From contig JAPSGB010000062.1 in NCBI GenBank assembly GCA_035063585.1, positions 1 to 20,441 on the forward strand: DNA of 20,441 bases, given 5' to 3'. A program made the translations under genes and the position numbers. Below are positions 14,971 to 20,441 of the stretch, piece after piece. Source of the DNA: Polyangiaceae bacterium. GTDB lineage: Bacteria; Myxococcota_A; Polyangia; Polyangiales; Polyangiaceae. Below the pieces are notes generated by a model. It was not told the origin of the DNA, did no database searches, and saw only the letters and a program-made list of their open reading frames with translations. Position 1 is the stretch's first letter, and every line of letters starts with the position of its first letter.

Positions 14971-16337
14971 GAGAACAGCACCTCGACCTCGGGGGTGACC
15001 GCCGCTCTCGGCACGAGCGTGGGCCAGAACGCGATGATCGGCGAGGCGCGCGGGCGACCGCGGCCGCCGGGACCGCCGCACGCCCCGGGCAGGCCGCTGG
15101 TGATGAGCGGCGCGATCTCGCGGCCGAACTGGTCGGCGGACTCGCGATCCCGCGTGCGGACGGCGACGCGGAGCAGGACCTCGTCGGGCTCCCGGGGCGG
15201 GCGCGCGATGGGGCCGTGCACGGCGCCCGCACCGAAGAGCTCTACGCGGTGCTCGTCGATGACGATGCCGCGCTTGCGGCAGCGCGCGAGCAAGAGCTCG
15301 GCGGCCGCGCGCGCGCGGCGCTCGGCGTCGGGCCACACGAAGGCGAGCGTCGCCTCGTTTCGCCAACCCGCCTCGTAGCTGAGCGAGGCCTTCAGCATCG
15401 GGGGCGGCGCGGTGCCGCGCGCGCCCGACACCCGCACGCGGTCGGCGCCGCGATCGGCCAGGTGGACGCTGGTGAAATCCGCCGTGACGTCGGGGGTGAG
15501 GTAGCGGCGCGGATCGCCGAGCTCGTAGACGAGCTGTTCTTTCACGACCGCGGGCGTCACGAGCCCGCCCTGGCTCGGGTGCTTGGTGACCACGAACTCG
15601 CCCGTCTCCTCCACCTCCACGATGGGGTAGCCGAGGTCGGCGAGCGCGGGGACGGTGTCCCAGCCACCCGCGAAGTTGCCGCCGCTCGCCTGCCCGCCGC
15701 ACTCGATGATGTGACCGGCGATGACGCCGGCGGCGCGCCGGTCGAAGTCACCCTCCGGCCAGCCGTAGCGCGCGAGGAGCGGGCCGAGGACGAGCGCGGA
15801 GTCGGTGGTGCGCCCGGTCACCACGATCTGCGCGCCCTCGCGGAGCGCCTCCGCGATGGGCTCGGCGCCGAGGTAGGCGTTCGCGCTCGAGAGCCGCTCG
15901 CGGATCCCCTCGAAGGGCGCGCCGGTGTCCTGGTTCGCGAGCGTGACGCCGGAGCGGACGAGCTCGCCCACACGGTCGAAGAGATCGTCGCCGGTCACCA
16001 GCCCGACGCCGAGCCCGCGTACGCCGCGGCGGCGCGCGAGCTCGACCACCCGGTGGGCGCAGGCGCGGGGGTCGAGGCCGCCCGCGTTGGTGACCACCAC
16101 GATGCCGCGCCGCGCAATCTCGCCGAGCACGGGCTCGAGCGCGGTGAGAAAATCCGGCGCATAGCCGGCTCCGGGAGCGCGCGCGCGGCGCTGGCGGAGC
16201 AAGCTGAGGGTGACCTCCGAGAGGTAATCGAGCATCACCGCGTCGACCGGGCCGCCGCGGAGCTGCGCCGCGAGCGCGTCGTCGCGGTCGCCCCAGAAGC
16301 CGGACGCGCCGGCGATTCGGTAGGTCACCTCACCCAT
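14967..16337 (-). CDS. Acyclic terpene utilisation AtuA family protein (DUF1446)
   Basis: ASGFWGD, DYLSEVT, TNAGGLDP, ANAYLGA, VVTGRTTD, GHIIECG, EQLVYELGDP..YLTPDV; RBS GAGGAG upstream. Confidence 0.92.
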   Translation of the reverse strand: MGEVTYRIAGASGFWGDRDDALAAQLRGGPVDAVMLDYLSEVTLSLLRQRRARAPGAGYAPDFLTALEPVLGEIARRGIVVVTNAGGLDPRACAHRVVELARRRGVRGLGVGLVTGDDLFDRVGELVRSGVTLANQDTGAPFEGIRERLSSANAYLGAEPIAEALREGAQIVVTGRTTDSALVLGPLLARYGWPEGDFDRRAAGVIAGHIIECGGQASGGNFAGGWDTVPALADLGYPIVEVEETGEFVVTKHPSQGGLVTPAVVKEQLVYELGDPRRYLTPDVTADFTSVHLADRGADRVRVSGARGTAPPPMLKASLSYEAGWRNEATLAFVWPDAERRARAAAELLLARCRKRGIVIDEHRVELFGAGAVHGPIARPPREPDEVLLRVAVRTRDRESADQFGREIAPLITSGLPGACGGPGGRGRPRASPIIAFWPTLVPRAAVTPEVEVLFS

Positions 16338-16489
16338 CGCGACGGGAGTCTCCTCGATTGATGGTCGTCATGGGGCAGAGCTCGCGCGAGCGAGTCATGG
16401 TATACTTCGAAGCGCACCGGGCGGAGGGTAAAGCCAGAGGTCGGACGTCGCGCGCCACGCGGGGGCAGGGCGCGCGACGTTCGCCTCGT

Positions 16490-17275
16490 TCATTTTCCCT
16501 CGAAGCGCGGGGCGCGCGCCTCGCGGAACGCGGCGACCGCCTCGCGCAGATCGCGGGTCGCGAACCCGAGGGCCTGCGCGGCCGCCTCGTGGGCGAGCGC
16601 CTGGTCGAGCTCGCGGCGGAGCGGCGCGGCGAGCGTGGCCTTCGCTTGCATGACCGCGATGGGCGCCGCGCTCGCGATCCGCGCGGCGTGCGCGTCGACC
16701 AGCGCGCGGAGCTCGCTCCGCGGGACCGCGGCGTTCACGAGCCCGATGCGCTCCGCCTCTTCACCCGTGATGAGCCCGCCGCCGAAGATGAGCTCGGCGG
16801 CCTTGGCGGCGCCGACCAGGCGAGGGAGCAGGAGCGACGCGCCCATGCCCGGGTGGAGCCCGACCCGCACGAAGTTCGCGCCGAGCTTCGCCTCGCGCGC
16901 GGCGAGCCGGAGATCGCAGGCCATCGCGAGGCCGAGCCCGGCGCCGACCGCCGCGCCGTGGATGACCGCGATGGTCGGCACGCGCAGCCTGGTGACCGAG
17001 AGGAACGCGCCGTAGAAGCGGAGCATCCCCGCGCGATTCTCCTCCGGCGTCCGCGCGGCGTTCTGGGCGATGACGTCGAAGTCGCCGCCCGCGCAGAAGG
17101 CGCGCCCCTCGCCCTCGATGAGCACCACCCGCGGCGCGGCGGCGGCGTCGAGCTCCGCGACCGCGCGCAGCATGAGCTCGCCCATCTCCGCGGTCATCGC
17201 GTTCTGCTTGTCGGGGCGGCAGAGGACGATGCGAGCGACGGGGCCGAGCTCCCAGCGAAGCGGCGGAGCGTGCAT
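16490..17275 (-). CDS. Enoyl-CoA hydratase/isomerase (crotonase) family protein
   Basis: RPDKQNA, AFCAGGDF, IHGAAVGAGLGLAMACDLR, GLHPGMG, AFREARAPRFEGK. True start is probably ATG 17275; the longer ORF overlaps the upstream gene. Confidence 0.93.
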   Translation of the reverse strand: MHAPPLRWELGPVARIVLCRPDKQNAMTAEMGELMLRAVAELDAAAAPRVVLIEGEGRAFCAGGDFDVIAQNAARTPEENRAGMLRFYGAFLSVTRLRVPTIAVIHGAAVGAGLGLAMACDLRLAAREAKLGANFVRVGLHPGMGASLLLPRLVGAAKAAELIFGGGLITGEEAERIGLVNAAVPRSELRALVDAHAARIASAAPIAVMQAKATLAAPLRRELDQALAHEAAAQALGFATRDLREAVAAFREARAPRFEGK

Positions 17276-17334
17276 GACGCGCCGAGGGTAGGCGAGGCGC
17301 GGCCCGGCTGCCAATGCGCGCGGCGCGGCGGCGC

Positions 17335-17766
17335 TCAGCGAAGCGGCCTCGCGCGCGGCGCCGGCGGCGGAAGCGGCGCGGTCGCCGCCGAAGGCGGGTA
17401 GCCGAGCTCCCTGGGGGCCGGGTCGGCGCGGTATCCGAGGAGCGGTGGGGTCGCGCTCGCTCCGGGCGTGGCGCACACGACGCTCACCGACTGCGGGCTG
17501 TAGACCGTCAGGGTGAGATACTCGAGGAGCGCCTGGTGGAAGCCGGTCTCGCTCGACAGCTCGGCCCAACCGCCTGGGCAAGCCTCGTCGAGCTCCTCCG
17601 GGCCGCCGAGCTCGACGAGGCCGCCGAGGAGCCCGCTCTTCCAGCGGTTGTCGTGGCTCGGGCTGGTCTCACCGGGAGGGCGGCCCGAGTACACGGTGGT
17701 GCGGAAGCACCCGGCCAGGCCGAGGAGCGCGAGCGCGGCGAGCGCGCCCAGCCGCGCGCGCGTCAC
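17335..17766 (-). CDS. Bor/Iss-like lipoprotein with a Pro-rich C-terminal extension
   Basis: Lipobox LAGC; ACPGG...ETGFHQALLEYLTLTVYSPQSVSVVC; GTGA coupling to the upstream paralogue. Confidence 0.72.
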   Translation of the reverse strand: MTRARLGALAALALLGLAGCFRTTVYSGRPPGETSPSHDNRWKSGLLGGLVELGGPEELDEACPGGWAELSSETGFHQALLEYLTLTVYSPQSVSVVCATPGASATPPLLGYRADPAPRELGYPPSAATAPLPPPAPRARPLR

Positions 17767-18065
17767 GGCGCCGGCTCCTCGACGCCACAGGTCACGACCA
17801 CGCGGCGGGGCGCGTAGATGCCGAGCGTGACGATGGTGAGCGCGAGGGTGAGCGCGTCCTCACCGGTCCTGACCTCTCGCGCGCGGCCGCTCGCGCAGAC
17901 GTCTCGAATGTCGAGCTCCGCATGCCCGATGAGGCCGCCGGCGTAGAAGCTGCGCCAGAGCCGGTGCTGAGTGTCCGCCGGCACCCGGGCGTCGACGAAG
18001 GTCGCCGAGCAACTCGTGACGGCGAGCGCGGTCGCGATGATGACGAGCCGGAACGCGCGCCGCAC
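17763..18065 (-). CDS. Bor/Iss family lipoprotein
   Basis: Lipobox VTSC; C-terminal IVTLGIYAPRRVVVTC resembles the lambda Bor end (ITLGIYTP...VYC); conserved central Cys (DVCASG). Confidence 0.82.
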   Translation of the reverse strand: MRRAFRLVIIATALAVTSCSATFVDARVPADTQHRLWRSFYAGGLIGHAELDIRDVCASGRAREVRTGEDALTLALTIVTLGIYAPRRVVVTCGVEEPAP

Positions 18066-18124
18066 CCGCAGGTTATAGCGCGTGACCGTGGCGGTACGGC
18101 GGGGAGTGGCGTAAAGAGAGCTCG

Positions 18125-18646
18125 ATGGCGAGTCTCGCCGAGCTGGGTCCCGAGCTGCCCGCGATCGCGCGCGCCGCCATCGCCGCCTGGCTCGCCGGGG
18201 AGCGCCACGAGCCGTCGAGTCCGGGCGCGCCGCGCGCGCCGGTGTTCGTCACCCTGCGCGCTCCGGGCGGCGCGCTCCGCGGCTGCATCGGCACGACCGC
18301 GCCGGCGACGCCGGATCTGGTCGCCGAGACGGCGCGGAGCGCGGTGCTCGCGGCCTCGCGCGACCCGCGCTTCCCGAGGGTGACCGCGGAGGAGCTCTCC
18401 GCGCTTCGCGTGGAGGTGAGCGTGCTCTTGCCGGAAGAGCCCGTGAGCGGGCCGAGCGACCTCGATCCGGCGCGCTACGGCGTCATCGTGCGCGGCGCGG
18501 ACGGTCGCCAAGGGCTCCTCCTGCCGGACGTGCCCGGGATCGACGACGTCGAGACGCAGCTCGGCGTCGCCCGAGCGAAGGGCGGCCTCGCGCCAGGAGC
18601 GCCCGCGCGCCTCACGCGCTTCGAGGTCTTGAAGTTCGTCGGGTAG
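18125..18646 (+). CDS. amrA: AMMECR1-domain protein (AmmeMemoRadiSam system protein A)
   Basis: VFVTL, LRGCIGT, DPRFP.V..EEL, EVSVL, YGVIV, GLLLPDV. Confidence 0.9.
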   Translation: MASLAELGPELPAIARAAIAAWLAGERHEPSSPGAPRAPVFVTLRAPGGALRGCIGTTAPATPDLVAETARSAVLAASRDPRFPRVTAEELSALRVEVSVLLPEEPVSGPSDLDPARYGVIVRGADGRQGLLLPDVPGIDDVETQLGVARAKGGLAPGAPARLTRFEVLKFVG

Positions 18647-18676
18647 CGCTCGCGCTCTCGAGCGAGCCGGTCGGGG

Positions 18677-18748
18677 TGGGCGCAGCAGGGATTGAACCTG
18701 CGACTTCGTCCGTGTGAAGGACGCACTCTACCGCTGAGTTATGCGCCC
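18677..18748 (-). tRNA. tRNA-Val(CAC); 3' CCA not encoded
   Basis: Reverse complement folds as GGGCGCA TA ACTC AGCGGTA GAGT G CGTCC TT-CAC-AC GGACG AAGTC GCAGG TTCAATC CCTGC TGCGCCC A. All four stems pair; CCC follows the discriminator. Confidence 0.97.
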
Positions 18749-18781
18749 GACGCCCGGCTCGAGCCCGGGCTGGGGAGGCGG

Positions 18782-18810
18782 TTCATAGCGCGACTCGCCG
18801 GGGTTCGCAA
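18782..18810 (-). promoter_or_regulatory. Candidate sigma70 promoter of the tRNA gene
   Basis: Minus strand reads TTGCGA-17 nt-TATGAA, followed by a GC-rich discriminator (ccgcctcc), about 33 nt upstream of the tRNA. Confidence 0.6.
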
Positions 18811-18872
18811 TCCGCTTCGCGCGGCGGTTTTGGGGGCCGAGCGCGCCCGCTCCTGCTATACGAAGCGGCCCG

Positions 18873-19580
18873 ATGGACGATAGAGCGCCCGTTCAGGCCG
18901 GCGCCGAGCCGCGCAACCGCCGGAAGGATCGCGTCGTCGGCGTCGCGATCGTGGCGGTCGCCTTCGTGGCGTCGCTCGGGCTGTCGGCGTGGGCTCGGCG
19001 CGCGTCGCGCCCCGAGCTGAGCCAGCCGCCCGCGCCGCCGACCACGGCCGGGCTGCACGGGTTCCCGACCTCGGTGGATCCGATCCGCTCGCTCGACGCC
19101 GCGCGCGCCGTGACTCGGCGCACCCTGCTCCGCCGCATCGACGCGGAGGGCGTCGCGAGCGACGGCACTTTGGACGTGTCCACCGGGCTCACCCGCGCGC
19201 GCTACGAGTTCCAGAGTGCGCCCGGTGAGGGGCCGCAGCCGCCCCGCGAGGAGGGCAGCCTCGCGCACGCGCTCTACTGCGGCAAGCAGATCGTGCAGCT
19301 CGGCAAGAGCGGTCTGGTCGCCGATCCCGATCTGGCGAGCTATCCGTGTCCCCTCCGCCACGAGGACGCCCTGCCGGAGCCGCGCTGCGATTTCGCGAAG
19401 GTGTGGCAGCACGCGCTGGCCAAGGGCGCGCCGAAGACGGGCCGCGCGCGGATCGAGTACTACCGCTCGAAGGCCGGGCCCGCCTGGCGCTTCGATCTGC
19501 CGGGCTCGGTGGTCTTCAGCCTCTATGGCGACTGCGGGCGCGAGCTCGAGGGCCGCGACGCGGAGAGCTCCGGGCCCTGA
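18873..19580 (+). CDS. Hypothetical membrane-anchored protein
   Basis: Basic N-terminus, one TM helix (VVGVAIVAVAFVASLGLSAW), Pro linker, and a soluble domain with 4 Cys ending PRCDFAKVWQHALAKGAP...WRF...GDC; GC3-rich frame. Confidence 0.75.
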   Translation: MDDRAPVQAGAEPRNRRKDRVVGVAIVAVAFVASLGLSAWARRASRPELSQPPAPPTTAGLHGFPTSVDPIRSLDAARAVTRRTLLRRIDAEGVASDGTLDVSTGLTRARYEFQSAPGEGPQPPREEGSLAHALYCGKQIVQLGKSGLVADPDLASYPCPLRHEDALPEPRCDFAKVWQHALAKGAPKTGRARIEYYRSKAGPAWRFDLPGSVVFSLYGDCGRELEGRDAESSGP

Positions 19581-19593
19581 GCCCGGGGCGCGC

Positions 19594-20343
19594 TCAGCGC
19601 GTGGCGCCGCGGGGTTGGTGACGGCGGCGGGCCTTCTTCGGCGGAGCGCTCGCCGGCGCTGAGCGCGGCGTGGCGTCACTCGCCGCCGTCGCGCCGGCCG
19701 CGCTCGCGCCGTCGACGCCGAGCGCGCGCCGGATCCAGCGCCAGAGCGGATCGCGCCCGGTGCCGTCGACGGCCGAGAAGCCGATGAGCGGCCGCCCCGC
19801 CGCCCGCTCGAGCGCGGCGAGCGCCGACCTTCGCCGCGTGGCCGGGAGCTTGTCGAGCTTGGTCGCGACGACGAGCGTGGTGACCGGACCCCTCGTGGTC
19901 CGCGCCGGGCCGGCCATCATCTCCAGGAGATCGAGATCGTCCGGCTCGAGCCCGCGGCGCACGTCGACGATGAGGACCACGGCGGCGAGCGTCGGCCGCT
20001 CGAGCAGATAGCCCTCGATGAGCCGGGCCCAGCCCTCCTGCTCCTGCTTCGAGCGCTTGGCGTAGCCGTAGCCGGGCAGATCGACCAGCATGAAGCGCGC
20101 GTCGTCGACGGTCTCGGCGGAGAAGAAGGCGACGCCGCGCGTGCAGCCGGGGGTCGAGCTGGTGCGGACCAGGTTGCGGCGCTCGAGGAGCGCGTTCATG
20201 AGGCTGCTCTTGCCGACGTTCGAGCGTCCCGCGAAGGCCACCTCGAGGCTCGCGGGCGGCGGCAGCTCTCCGGGGCCGCGGGCCTCGGCGCTGAAGCTCG
20301 CGGAGCGGATGCGCGCGGCGCGTGGACGGGCGGGTTCGGTCAT
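19594..20343 (-). CDS. engB: Ribosome biogenesis GTP-binding protein YihA/YsxC (EngB)
   Basis: EVAFAGRSNVGKSS (G1), TPGCT (G2), DLPGYGYA (G3), TKLDKL (G4), FSA (G5). Start ATG 20343 or 20355. Confidence 0.95.
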   Translation of the reverse strand: MTEPARPRAARIRSASFSAEARGPGELPPPASLEVAFAGRSNVGKSSLMNALLERRNLVRTSSTPGCTRGVAFFSAETVDDARFMLVDLPGYGYAKRSKQEQEGWARLIEGYLLERPTLAAVVLIVDVRRGLEPDDLDLLEMMAGPARTTRGPVTTLVVATKLDKLPATRRRSALAALERAAGRPLIGFSAVDGTGRDPLWRWIRRALGVDGASAAGATAASDATPRSAPASAPPKKARRRHQPRGATR

Positions 20344-20376
20344 GCGCGGGAGCATCGCCCGGGCCCGGGCGGCTGG

Positions 20377-20441
20377 CTAGCTCGCGCGGCGGCGGCGGCG
20401 CGCGCGCGCGCCGGGGGTGGTGGCGAGCTCCGCGCACCGGA
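20377..20441 (-). CDS. Possible 3' end of an upstream gene (truncated by the window)
   Basis: Open minus-strand frame ...RCAELATTPGARARRRAS* ending at TAG 20377-20379; too short to identify. Confidence 0.3.
   Translation of the reverse strand, partial: RCAELATTPGARARRRRRAS

Noticed and set aside
14971..15702. 359-aa version of the small AtuA-related ORF, or a frameshifted atuA pseudogene
   Set aside because: The extension is a shadow of the upstream gene; both parts are intact and coupled by ATGA, which fits a genuine two-gene arrangement.
17335..18748. Prophage or genomic island at the tRNA, suggested by Bor-like genes
   Set aside because: No integrase or phage genes, no duplicated tRNA 3' end found in the window, and composition resembles the flanks.
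18692..18883. 63-aa ORF over the tRNA
   Set aside because: Antisense to a perfect tRNA cloverleaf and its promoter.
19594..19710. Extra functional domain at the EngB C-terminus
   Set aside because: Low-complexity Ala/Pro/Arg tail without motifs; most likely stop-codon drift in GC-rich DNA.

Overview
Very GC-rich bacterial chromosomal DNA. The gene content and the Cys-rich lipoproteins with Gly-rich linkers suggest a myxobacterium, probably Polyangiaceae-like (inference). No transposase, integrase, phage structural gene or CRISPR array is visible. Left to right: (i) the 3' part of a Cys-rich secreted protein, a Tat-lipoprotein FAD oxidoreductase, an opposite-strand Cys-rich lipoprotein and a His-motif membrane protein; (ii) a minus-strand envelope/lipid-modification block made of a GT-C-like glycosyltransferase with a CBM38-like tail, then four translationally coupled genes: SDR, flippase-like protein fused to a dehydrogenase small-subunit-like domain, GMC oxidoreductase, SDR; (iii) a 64-aa disulfide-rich lipoprotein, scoAB, a split AtuA pair and an enoyl-CoA hydratase; (iv) two Bor/Iss-like lipoproteins, an AMMECR1 protein, tRNA-Val(CAC), a membrane-anchored hypothetical protein and engB/ysxC. 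The best candidate for an undescribed system is the SDR/flippase-fusion/GMC/SDR cassette with its GT-C neighbour. That cassette is bracketed by a degenerate ~50-bp direct repeat that copies the GT-C 3' end. Two intergenic regions have perfect 18-19 bp inverted repeats, and several genes look leaderless. All family calls come from motif recognition by eye, not from database searches.
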